Assembly (NCBI RefSeq): GCF_009914755.1
Contig: NC_060925.1
DNA length: 64,000 nucleotides
Strand: one strand, 5' to 3'
From: the human T2T-CHM13v2.0 reference genome, Homo sapiens
The stretch's first letter is position 1, and each line of letters begins with the position of its first letter. The position numbers and the translations under genes were made by a program. A model generated the notes under the pieces. That model did no database searches, was not told where the DNA came from, and was given only the letters and a program-made list of their open reading frames with translations. Shown one piece after another: positions 25,111-38,270 of the stretch.

Positions 25111-28100
25111 CTAAATCATTACCACCACCTCTGCATGTACATATCATTTATATATTAAGGACACTGTATTATTGCCATATTTGTCAATGAAAATAAAGCA
25201 CTACTAGTTTACAATTACTTATCCTCACTCTTTACCTCAAAATGATTTGAAATCCAAATGATTTTTATTTAAAAAAATCCTGATACAATCTAACAAGAGT
25301 ATATTTATAGTCATTATTTCCCACTTACTTGAATAGCCACATATGTTATTGTAGAAATTTGATTTGATTCAAGTTTATTTCTACTGATTTCAGTGATTCC
25401 CCATCCTCCCTTGGGAAATTATATACTTTTCAGTGTATGTACTATGTTACCTTTCTCAAATCTAAAGCTATGGAAAATATCTGGCCCTAGGGGTTTCAGA
25501 TAAGGGATTGTAGACCTTCTACTTTGGAACCATTTTGATCTTAAGTACAAAACCAGATATGGGAAGGTGAAATCAGCAAGATGGCAGAATAGGAAACCCT
25601 GAGCCTTGTTAACCCATAGAAACAAGACTTAACAATAATATACAGTCTGAAAAGCCTTTCTAAGAACTTCAGAAACCCATTAAGACCTCGTAATATCCAA
25701 GGCAAGTCCAAACCCAAGGCTAATCACATTGAAGTAGGTAAAAAAAAAGTGACTTAATTTTAATTGCATCAGCCTGTCCCCCAAGAGAGCACAGTTTATG
25801 GATGAGAGGAAAATCCCAACTTTCATCATCTCTCTATGGAGGGAAAGAGAAGATGGAAAGTATATCCAACATTCTGGCTTTTCAGAAAGCTGCCCAAAAG
25901 ATTGGTGTCTGTCTTGCCCAACTCAATGGGAAACTCATTTACTTTAGAAGCCCAGGGAGCGCTGACAACAAAAGAGAGCCTAGTGGCTCATGGGAGAACT
26001 ACAGAACTTGTAATACTGTGGACAGAAGCTGATAAAGTCCACTGTGATTGGGAGAAAGTACCCAGCTCACGGTTTCCTCCTTAGGAGGGATGGAGAAAAG
26101 TGGAATGTATGTCCAATATTCTGGCTCTTCAAGGGGCTTCCCAAAGGACTCTTTTCTGTCTCACTTGACTTGACTTCAAACACTGATGAAAGAGGAAAAC
26201 CAATTCTTTTTTGAAAAGATTAATAAAATCAGAAAACCCTTATCTAATCTAAGACAAAAGACTCAAATAAAAACAGAAAGAAGAGACATTAGGACTAGTG
26301 TCACAGAAATAAAAAAGTTCATAGGAGACTACTATGATTATACTAATAACAATTTTATGCCAACAAATTGGATAACATAGAAGAAATGGGTAAATTCCTA
26401 GAAATGTACAACCTGCCAAGAGTGAATCATGAAGAAATAAAAAGTCTGAAAAGACCTATAATTAATGAAATTGAATTAGTAATCAAAAAACCCCCAAGGA
26501 AGAAAATCCGAAGATCAGGTGGCTTCACTGGAGAATTCCTCCAAACTTTTAAAGGCAAATTAACACCAATTCTTTTCAATCTCTTCCAAAAATGTGAAGA
26601 TAATTAAACACTTCTGAACTCATCTTATGAGGCCAGCAATACCATAGTACCAAAACCAGACAAAGATATTACAGGAAAACTACACACCAAAATCCCTGAT
26701 GAATATTGATGTAAAAAATCTTCCGTAAAATACTAATAAACCAAATGCAACAGCATATTAACAGGATTATATATCATGACCAAGTGGAAATTATTCCCGG
26801 AATGCAAGCAAGTTTCAACATATAAAAATCCATCAATGTAATACAACACTTTAGCCGAATGAAATGTAAAAATCACATGCCATCTCAATTGATGAAGAAA
26901 AAGCATTTGACAAAATTCGGCACCCTTTTATAATTAAAAAAGAAAAAGAAAACTAATGAAACAAGAAACAGAAGGAAATTACCTCAACATAGTAAAGGCT
27001 ATGTATCAAAAGCCAAGGGCCTAACACCACACTCATGGTGAAAACTGAAAGCTTTTCCTCTAAGGTCAGCAACAAGGAAAGGATGCCCACTCTCATCACT
27101 TCTACTTATCAAGTGCTAGAAATCCTAATCAGAACAATTAGGGAAGAAAAATAAATTAAAGTCATCTAAATAAGAAAGGAAGAAGCAAAATTTCTGTTTG
27201 CAGATTATATTATTTATATATTTTTTAAAAATTCCACCCCCCCAAACAGAAAATTGTTAGGACTAATAAAAGTATTCAATAAAGTTGTCAGATGTAAAAT
27301 TGATACACAAAAATTAGTGTGATTTTAATACACTAGCAAACAATTCAAAAAGAAAATTAAGAAATAATTTTATTTATAATAGCATCAAAAAGAATAAAAT
27401 ACCTAGTAATAAGCTTAACCAAGGAAGCAAAAGACTTGTACACAGAAAACTAAAAAACGCTCCTCGAAAATTAAAGACACAAATAAATGGAAAGCCATTT
27501 CATGTTCATGGATTAGAAGACTTAATATTTGTAAAAAATTTATACTATCTGAAGTAATCTACAGGTTCAATGAAATCTCTATCAAAATCCCAATGCCATT
27601 ATTTTGCAGGAATAAAAAACAAATCATTAAATTCATATGGAATTCCAAAGGACCCTGAATAACCAAAACAATCTTGAGAAACAAAAGAAAAGCTTGAGGC
27701 CTCATACTTCCTGATTTTAAAACATATTATAAAACTATAGTAATCAAAACAGTATGCTACTGATATAAAGACAGGTATATAGACCCACAAAACCAAATAG
27801 AGATACTAGAAATAAACTGATTCATATGGTCGAATGATCTCCAACAAAGGCGAAAAGGCTACACAAAAGCTATGATGGGGGAAAAAAGGGGTGCGGCCTC
27901 TTTAACAAATTGTGTAGAGAAAACCAGATATCCACATGCAAAAGAATGAAGTTGGACCCTAACCTCACACCATATACAAAAGTGAACTCAAAATACATTA
28001 AAGACCTAAACACAAGACCTGAAATTATAAAACTCTAAAGAGAAAACGGAATAGATAAAAACTTCAAGACTTTGTATTTGGCAATTTCTTGTATATGGCA

Positions 28101-28805
28101 AGAAAAGCAAAAATACAAGTGGGTATATCAAAAAATCTTCTGCTCAGCAAAAGAAACAACAGAGTGAAAAGGCAACTTTAAAAATGGAAGAAATTCCTAC
28201 AACTCAACAGCAACAGAAAAAAAAATCTAATTTAAAACTGGGCAAAGAACAAAAATAGACATTTCTCCCAAAATAAAAATACAAAGGGCAAACAAGCAAA
28301 TGAAAAGATGCTCAACCTCCCTTACATTAAAGAAGTGTGAGTCAAAACAAAATGAGATATAACCTGACAACTGTTAGGATGGTCACTGTCAAACAAAACA
28401 AAACAAAACAGAAAATAATAAGTGTTGCTAAGGACATGGAGAAATTGAAACCTCTGTGCACTTTTGTTGGGAATATAAAATGGTGCAGCCCCTATGAAAA
28501 ACAGCGTGAAGATTTCTCAAAAATTTAAAAATAACATTGCCATATGATCCAGTAATTTCACTTTTAGGCAGGTATCCAAAACAATTGAAAAAGGGATCTC
28601 AAACAGATATTTACATGTTACCCATGTTCATTGCATTATAGCAGCAATATTTATAAAATCCCAGAAGTAAAAGAAACCTAAATGCCCATCAACAAAGGAA
28701 TAGATAGAGAAGATGTGGTTTATCCATAAAACAGAATACTATTCAACCTTTAAAAAGAAGAAATCCTGATAGGAAGTGAGGTAGCCAGTCACATAAGAAA
28801 AAATA

Positions 28806-30358
28806 CAGTCATGCATCATATACCAATGGAAATATGTTCTGAGAAATGTGTCATTAGGCAGTGTAATCTTTGTGCAAACAATGTGAAAGTACTTACACAA
28901 ACTTATTATATGTGGTTGATACAGTTTGGCATCCCCACCCAAATCTCATCTTGAATTCCCATATGTTGTGAGAGGTACCTGGTAGGAGGTAATTGAACTG
29001 TGGGGGCAGGTCTTTCCCATGCTTTTCTCATGATAGTGAAGAAGTCCCACGAGATCCGACGGTTTTTAAAAAGGGGAGTTTCCCTGCACAAATTCTCTTC
29101 TCTTGTCTGCTGCCATGTGAGAAGTAGCTTTCTCTTTCCATCATGATTGTGAGGCCTCCCCAGCCACATGGAACTGTAAGTCCATTAAACCTCTTTCTTT
29201 TTTAAATTGCCCAGTCTTGGGAATGTCTTTATCAGCAGCGTGAAAATGCACTAACACAGTGCTACAGCCTAGTGCACATCTAGGCAAAATGACACAGCAT
29301 ATTGCTCCTAGGCTACAAACCTGTACAACATGTTACTGTACTGAATACTGTAGGCAAATGTAATACAATGGTAAGTATTTGTGTGTCTAAACATAGACAA
29401 GTGCAGTAAAAATGCAGTATGAAAGATTTAAAATGGTACAACTGTGTAGGGCACTTACCATGAATGAAGTTTGCAGGACTGGAAGCTGCTCTGTGTGAAT
29501 CAGTGAGTGAATGTGAAGGTCTAGGATATTACTGTACATTCTGTAGACTTTATAATCACTGTACACTTAGGTTACACTAAATTGATTTTAAAATAGTTTT
29601 CTTCCTTCAATAAGAACAGATTACTGTAGCTTTTTGATTTTATAAACTTTTTTTAATTTTTTAAAACTTTTTGACTCCTTTGTAATAACACTTACGTTAA
29701 AACACAAATACATTTTACAACAGTGCAAAAACACTGTCTTTCTGTGTATCTTTATTCTATAAGTATTTTTTTATTTTTGAATTTATTTATTTAAACTTTT
29801 TTGTTAAAAACTGAGACATAAACACATGCATTAGCCTAGGCCTATGCAGGGTCAAGATCATCCATATCCTTGTCTTCCACCTCCACTAGAAGGTCTTCTG
29901 GGGCAATAAGACGCATGGAGCTGTCATCTCCCATGATAACAGTACCCTCTTCTGGAATATCTACTGAAGGACCTGTCTGCCACTGTTTTACAGTTAATTT
30001 TTTTTATGGAATACCTCCTGAAGGACCTGTCTGCCACTGTTTTACAGTTAATTTTTTTATATGTAGAAGGAGTACATTCTACAATAACATTAAAGGTATA
30101 TTGTAGTAAATACATGCCAGTAACATAGTCATTTATTAATTTTATCCAGTATTATTCACTGTACTTAATTATATGTGCTATAATTTTATGTGACTGGCAG
30201 TGCAGTAGGTTCATTTACATCAGCATTACTGCAAACATATAAGTAATGCATTGTACTGTAAAATTATGACAGCTATGACATCACTAGGCATTCATTTTTA
30301 GCTCCATTATAATCTTAAGGGACCATGGTTTACATACATATACATAAAAATACATAGA

Positions 30359-30395
<37 letters not shown>

Positions 30396-30465
30396 ATATA
30401 TAAACATGGTCCCTTAAGATTAGAGTGTGGCATTGATTAAAACATAGTTATGTGGCATATGACTG
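28806..30465 (-). mobile_element. Tigger3b (Golem) Tc1/mariner DNA transposon
   Basis: Termini cagtcatgc... / ...catatgactg flanked by TA (28804-05, 30466-67); the L1 host rejoins as aaata|ctgtatgattc. Confidence 0.85.
28917..29258 (+). mobile_element. THE1 (MaLR) solo LTR nested in Tigger3
   Basis: tgatacagtttggc...cccacccaaatctcatcttgaatt...cagcagcgtgaaaatgcactaacaca; TSD gtggt/gtgct. Confidence 0.93.
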
Positions 30466-30575
30466 TACTGTATGATTCTACTTATATGAAGTATCTGAAA
30501 TAGTCTCGAACTCGTAGAAACAGAAAGTAGAACAGTGCTTGCCAGGAAGTGCTGGCAGGAAATTGGAAAGGGGGA

Positions 30576-31212
30576 TGTTTTAATCAGGCTTCTTCAGAAA
30601 GACAGAATGAATAAGTTATATGTAGAGAGAGATATATGAAAAGGGATTTATTAGAGGAATTGGCTCACCCAATTATGGAAACAGGGAAGTCCCACGATGA
30701 GCCGTCTGCAAGCCGGAGAAACGGGGAGGCCAGAAGCGTGGCTCAATCCAAGTCAAGTCTGAAGGCCTCAGAACTACAGATTCCAATGGTCTCTTAGTCC
30801 GAAGCCAAAGTCTCAAGGGCCTGAGTGGGCCACTGCTGTGAGTCCCAGAATCTAAAGAACAGAGTCAGGAGTTCTGAAATCCAAGAGCAGGAGAGAGCAT
30901 TCTGGCTCTGGAAAAGAGAGCAAGAATTTGCCCTTTCTCCACCTTTTTGTTCCATCCTGGACCCCAGACAGATCGTACCCGCCCACATTGAGGGCAGATT
31001 TTCCCCATTGCCAATCTCCTCCAGAAACACCTTCATAGACACACCTGGGGCAGCCCTTCATACTCACCAAAAGACAAATCACCTGGGCCTGCCTTTCAGC
31101 AGAAAAGAGATGAGCTCAGTTCCTATCAAAGCATTGAGAACAATTAACGCCTTACCAGCTATCTGGGTATCCCTTAATCCAGCAGAACTGATGCCTAAAA
31201 TCAACCATCAGA
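30576..31212 (-). mobile_element. MLT2 (ERVL) solo LTR, MLT2B-like
   Basis: tgttttaatcagg...aagtcccacgatgagccgtctgcaagc...aaaatcaaccatca; 5-bp TSD gggga at 30571-75 and 31213-17. Confidence 0.88.
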
Positions 31213-33359
31213 GGGGAGTTTTTCAATGGGTATAGATTTTTAGTTTTTCAGGATGAAAAAGTTCAAGAGATCTGTTGCACACCAATATGCATATAGTTAA
31301 CACCATATATGCATTCTTAAAAACAGTTAAGATGGTAAATTTTATGTTGAGTCACTGTCCAAAATGAATAATAATAACAATAAAACAGATATGGGCTCCA
31401 AAAGGCCTAACTATATGCAGTTACAACATAATTATCCAGATAATTCAGAATGCGCTTACATTTTTTAAAGGAAATAGTGTAAAAAATAATAATTAAAATT
31501 TTCTCATGAAGAGCCAGAGTCTCTTCCATATTATTTCCAGAACACAGAGAGTGGAAGGGGAAGAGGTGTGGAGGAGGTGGATGGGGAGCTTCATATCTGA
31601 ATTTGAGAAACCCATTGTATATATACCTCACGCATGAAAGAGTAAGATTTAGACATTGCTTAATTGTCCTTTTAAATGCCAAATCACCAGGAAAAAGCAA
31701 AATACGGGGTGCCACCTTCTATAGCTAACCTTAACCCTGACCTTAACCTGAGCTTCCACAAATTCTTGTGTATTTCTGATAGATAATAAAATCCTTTATT
31801 TTTAAATGATAACCTTGTTGTAAAAGGGAGTTACAATGAATAAAGCTACTTCTAATGGCAAAAAATTTGGCTGCACTCAGATTAAATATTCACCATGATC
31901 TAAAACTTCCTACACGTTAAACAATTTAGTAACATTTCCTGTTTTTCATCTTCTTTTATTGCTACTCATGTTTGAAATATACTTAATGCCAATATATTTC
32001 ATAGCTTTCATAAATTTTTAATTGAAACTAAAAGAATAAAATAACATACTTATGATTGACAAAAGCATTGTTCCATATAGTTGTCATAAGTTCAGAACTC
32101 TACTGTTTTATCACCAAACTTGGTGCAGAGCAGACATTGTTCATTTTCTTTATATATATTTTATGAAGTCAATGTCTGCATTCTTTGCTATAACTGCTAT
32201 TGTAAAAAGTATATCAACTGTAACCTCTTGTGCTGAGGAGACATGATCGATCAATTAAACAACAACACAAGAACCATTCAAGTCATGTCAGATCTTCATT
32301 AAATATTAGAATGTAACATCACACCTCATTATTGTGATTTAATAATTTAATTAAAATGTCCTATGAAATAAAATAGTGGTCATAAAATTGGAAATAACTG
32401 AACATTAAAGAAAAGATTTCACAGCCATCTAAAAGATGAGCATCTTGATTGAACATTTGGCAGGTAAATGAAGACAATAATGTCCCCTCAACTATTGCCC
32501 AGGTACCATCAGTATTGGCACATTGATATTTGCAAAGATGACTCAGATAAAAATGTTGTAAACTATTGTGAGTACATATTATCAAGCATTCATGTACTTG
32601 ACCCTAAGCCATTAGATCATCTGTTCTTTGAAAATTTACCTGGCTAAAATTGTAGCCATTGCTAACTAAGGTGCAAATTTGCTATTTGCAAATTAAAGTT
32701 TGGCCCCACAATTTGCTATTGATTAATATTGTTAAGCAATTTCATGAGAAAGTTTGAAATGATACAAATGTGAAATAATTTTATGATTCAGTTAATAATA
32801 AAAAAATTGCAGGGCTGACAGGCATATGAATTATAAAGTCTGTTAAAGTGTAGGGTTCTCATGGAGGAAGTACTTTTGCTGGTAAACAGAAATCTCCACT
32901 TCTAAAGTTTTACAGTATCTTGTGATTCAAGCTGTTATTTACACACATAGGAACTTCTACAGTTGATTTTGATTACCCCGTGCTAGTACTTTATCATAAA
33001 GTCACCTACATCTTCTTTAAAATTCTAATAATATCATGCAAGTATTCATCAAGTGGTAGTGCTGGTGCTGGAAAATAAATGATTAAAATCAATACCTTTG
33101 GAATACAAATTAATATAAAAAAAAACACCATGATGATGGTCAAAGAGCCTGCATGACTTACTGTGCTGTTAACTTAGGAAAGCACACTCTGTGACATTTT
33201 AGAGACAAAGATGAGAAAATAAATATACCATTAGGCCAGGCAAACCTTCAAGCTAGCCAAAAGGACGACATGTCAGCAAGGCAAATGGGAAAAATAAAAG
33301 CAATCTCTCATTGTAAAGTGCCCCTAAGTTTAGGTGGTCCTAAGGGAAATTAGTTTTAT

Positions 33360-34199
<840 letters not shown>

Positions 34200-34200
<1 letters not shown>

Positions 34201-35820
34201 TAAACTATTCTAGCATTCATATAAAATCAAACAAGACCCCAAATAGCCAAGGCAATTTTAAGTAAAAAGAATAAAGCCAGAGGCATCACATTATCTAACT
34301 TCAAACTATACTACAAGGGTACACTAACCACAGCAGCATGGCACCGGTACAAAAATAGATAGACACGGAACAGAATACAGACCCCTGAAAAAAAAAAAAA
34401 AAGACACACATACAACCAACTGATCTTTAACAAAGTTGACAAAAATAAACAACACCATTTAACAAAGTTGACAAAAATAACACCATTCAACAAATGGTAC
34501 TGGGAAACTGGCTAACCGTATGAAGGAGAGTGAGTGAAACTGGACCCATAGCTCTCACCTCATACAAAAACGAACCCTAGACAGATTAAAGAATTAAATA
34601 TAAGACCTCAAACTATAATGCCCTAGAAGAAAATCTAGGGAATACTCTTCCAGATATTGGCCTAGGCAAATAATTTATGACCAACTCCTCAAAAGCAAAT
34701 GTAACAAAAACGAACAAAAAAATTGGAATCTAATTAAGCAGGAACTTCTGCCTCAGCCTCCCAAGTAGCTGGGACTACAGGCACATGCCACCACGCCCAA
34801 CTCATTTTTTTTCTTTTAGTAGAATATATTACCAAAAGAAACAATCAACAGAGTAAACGGACAACCTACAGAATGGGAGAAAATATTTGCAAACTATGTA
34901 TCTGACAAAGGACTAATGTCCAGAATTTATAAAGTTCTTAAAGAAGTTAACAAGAAAATAAAAGAAAACACAAATTATCCCGTTTAAAATAATCCCATCA
35001 AAGGACATGAACAGTAACTTCTCAAAAGAAGGCATACAAGCAGCCAACAAACATACAAAAACACAAATGCAAATCAAAACCACAATGAGATACCATCTCA
35101 CACGAGTCAGGATGGCTATTAATAAAAAATTAACAAAAAAAAACAACAGATGTTGGCAAGCTTGCAGAGAAAAAGAAGGACCACTTAGATTCTGTTGGTG
35201 GGATTGTAAATTAGTTCAGCCACTGTAGAAAGCAGTTTGGAGATTCTTAGAAAACTAAAAATAGAATTACTATTCCACCCAGCAATATCATTAATGGTCA
35301 TATACCCAAAGGAAAATAAATAGTTCTACCAAAAGGACACATGCACTTGTGTGTTTATCAGAGCGCTATTCACAATAGCAAAGACACAGAATAAACTCAG
35401 GTACCCATTAACGGTAGATTGGATAAGAAAATGTGGTACACATACACCACAGAATACTGTGCAGCTACAAAAAGAATAAAATCATGGCCTTTGTACCAAC
35501 ATGAATGCAGCTCCAGGACATTGTCCTAGGCGAATTAACAATGAAACAGAGAACCAAATAGCACATATTCTCATTAATAAGTGGGTACTAAACACTGGGT
35601 CCACACAGACACAAAGATGGGGAAAAAAACACTGGGAATTCAAAAAGTGGGGAGGGAGGGACAGAGGGATGAAGGGTTGAAAAGCTATTTGTCAGGTGTT
35701 ATGTTCACTACTTGGACGATGGTATCGGTAGAAGCCCAAACTTCAACATCACACAGTATACCCAGGTAATAAACCTTCACATGTACCCCTTGAATCTTAA
35801 ATTTAAAAAAAAGAAAAAAT
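34200..35820 (+). mobile_element. 5'-truncated L1 (L1PB/old L1PA-like) 3' portion
   Basis: ORF2 end remnants (gaggcatcacattatctaacttcaaactatactacaagg; [16 protein letters not shown]), 3' UTR and A-tail at ~35805. Confidence 0.92.
34748..34823 (-). mobile_element. Internal Alu fragment embedded in L1
   Basis: ctgcctcagcctcccaagtagctgggactacaggcacatgccaccacgccc...tttagtaga. Confidence 0.9.
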
Positions 35821-37079
35821 TAACTTACTACTGTTAAACTTGTTTGGTGTGATTTATTTAGCAGGTGGGTCTTGAGGAACGCCATTCTTCACATACATTG
35901 TGGCATCTCTATATTGTAGTGATGGGCACTGAGCAGATAACACAAGAGGTCAGAAAATAGTTCTTGAAGAGGATAGAACATGTCTGCTTTCTGTTTCTTA
36001 GGTGTTTAACTGTCAGCACAAGAACCAAAAAAAAAAAATTATTAACAGAAGCAGGGGTAGATTATGGCAGAAATGTTCTAGTTCCATAATTTTGGAAGCT
36101 ATCACATCCCTCCACTCTGCAGTGGAAGAAGCATTCCAAAGAGAAAAAGGATTTTAAGATCACAGGGGAGAGAAAGCACAGGAGAGAAGAAGAACAGAGT
36201 ATCTATCATTCATTGGGAGGCGAAACTCTTTAAGAATCATGTGGAGGCTGAGAGCAGAATGGAGAGAGCAAGAAGGCTCTCAGGGCAGACCACTCATACA
36301 GCGCCTCTCTAACTTTTTATTAAAAGGAAAAAGAGTGGGGAGATTGCTTTCGCTCATTAGCAAATACCAGATACTTTTTAATTTATATTCAATATGAAGA
36401 TTTAATAATATGTGATTATCTGAATCAGTTGTCCTTGGAAGTTAGTCAGTTGAAATTCAGAGAATAAAATAAAATGCTTGTTTCAGGTAAACAGCTCTCC
36501 TCATTCAGTTTTAGGATTTCGGCAGATTTCCACTACCACATTCTGAAGACTATGACTGGTGAAGGGCCCGTGTCATTTATTTGGACAGCTTTCATGTGTC
36601 CCTTTAAAAAGAGAGAGGTCATATTAAAGGTCTGCTGAAAATGATTTTTCTCTTTTTATTCGATGATGCTGTCTTCTTCAGTGGACAGACATGAAGCTCA
36701 ATACTTTTGTTAAGAGCCCTGCACAGAAACCTGAAGTCACAGCATCATATTTTAAAATTTATTCTTTGTTGACTGGAATCTCAAGCTACTTATATTCTAC
36801 ACTAACACTGAATGGGGAAATTTCTGTTGAGTTTCATGACATACTAAGGTAAATCTGGCCATGGGTCACTGAGAAAATGAAGAAAAAGAAAGAGAAGGAG
36901 GAGAAAAAGGAGAAGAGTATTAGCATTCAGTTTCCAGTTGACAGCAAAATGTCCTCAGAATATCCTAAAGAAAACGAAATACCTACTTCAAATGGGTAAG
37001 GGATTACTGTCTGCACAGAGGAGAGAATTTTCCATACACTTAGACAATGCAAATTTAACATCACAGCCACCTTACATTA

Positions 37080-37370
37080 GAAATGTATTCATCCCAACAA
37101 ATGTGTACTGAGTATCTTGTATGTTCCATCACCATAGCAGGTAGAACAGATACAGAAGTGAACAAGATCAACCAGGCCCTGCTTTCATGGAGCTTACATT
37201 CTATTGGAGGGAAAAAGAGTCAATCAATGCAGCAAACAAGAATATTTTAAGAAATGATAATTGCTTGAAGACAATTAAAATAGGATGATTTGATAGAAAA
37301 TGTTTTCATAATTTTATAATTAGATTGGTTACTCAGGGAAGACCTAGCAGAGGGTAAAATAATTAAACTA
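37080..37370. mobile_element. L2 fragment (continues ~37825-38000)
   Basis: caacaaatgtgtactgagtatc...ccctgctttcatggagcttacattcta. Confidence 0.65.
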
Positions 37371-37376
37371 AGAACA

Positions 37377-37815
37377 TTTGCAGCTTCATCCATGTCCCTG
37401 CAAAGGACATAATCTCATCCTTTCTATGGCTGCATAGTATTCCATGGTGTATATGTACCACATTTTCTTTATCCAGTCTATCATTGATGAGCATTTGGAT
37501 TGGTTCCATGTCTTTGCTATTGTGAATAGTGCTGCAGTAAACATCCCTGTGCATGTCCCTTTATAATAGAATGATTTATACTCCTTTGAGTATATACCCA
37601 GTAATGGGATTGCTGGGTCAATTGGTATTGCTGGTTCTAGATGCTTGAGGAGTCACCATGCTGTCTTCTACAATGGTTGAACTAATTTACATTCCCACCA
37701 ACAGTGTAAAAGCGTTCCTCTTTCTCCACATCCTTGCCAGCCTATGTAACAAACCTGCACGTTCTATACATGTATCCTGGAACCTAAAGTAAAATAATTT
37801 TTTAAAAATAAAAAA
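37377..37815. mobile_element. Short 5'-inverted L1PA insertion (minus piece 37377-37740, plus piece 37741-37815)
   Basis: Antisense L1 3' region fused to sense cctatgtaacaaacctgcac...A-tail; candidate TSD aagaaca. Confidence 0.85.
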
Positions 37816-38119
37816 AAGAACACAAGAAGGGCTTGACCATTTGAAGATCAAGAGACAGCTGGTGTAAAGACTCTGAGGCAAAGGACTTGATTGTAGGAAG
37901 AATGGAAAGAATCTCAGTGGGCTAACAGATGGAAATGAAATAGGGAGTAGGATAAAATGGGGGCATAGAAGATCATTGGAGGGATTCAACCATGGGAAGA
38001 ACAGCAACTCAAGGCATTTGTACTATGCAGTGAGTCTGGAAAGCCAAGTCCTAGAGCACTGGATCCTTGGGAGACCCAACTGAATAAGAATAACAACAAC
38101 CATGAATTGGTTCAATAAT

Positions 38120-38270
38120 ACCCAAACCACTTGCTTTACAAATGTTTTTGTTATATCTTCAATTGCCCAACAATCTAACCTTCACCCCATTTTACAGCTT
38201 GAAAAACTGGAGTTTAGAGAGGTGATATGACCTAAGACTTCATAGTATGTAAATGGCAGAATCAGAATTC
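38120..38270. mobile_element. MIR fragment
   Basis: ccccattttacagcttgaaaaactggagtttagagaggtga. Confidence 0.65.

Larger units (their letters stand above)
25564..31381 (+). mobile_element. Old L1 (L1MB-like): 5' UTR, decayed ORF2 and 3' UTR, interrupted by Tigger3/THE1 and MLT2
   Basis: caagatggcagaatagg 5' start; ORF2 remnants (FFEKINKI.KPL, EMGKFLEMYNLPR, GFTGEFLQTFK); L1MB 3' end at 31218-31350; TSD aaaaccagatatggg (25549-25563) / aaaacagatatggg (31382-31395). Confidence 0.9.

Noticed and set aside
30794-31235. 136-aa ORF and overlapping ORFs
   Set aside because: Lie almost entirely within the MLT2 LTR; no recognisable domain
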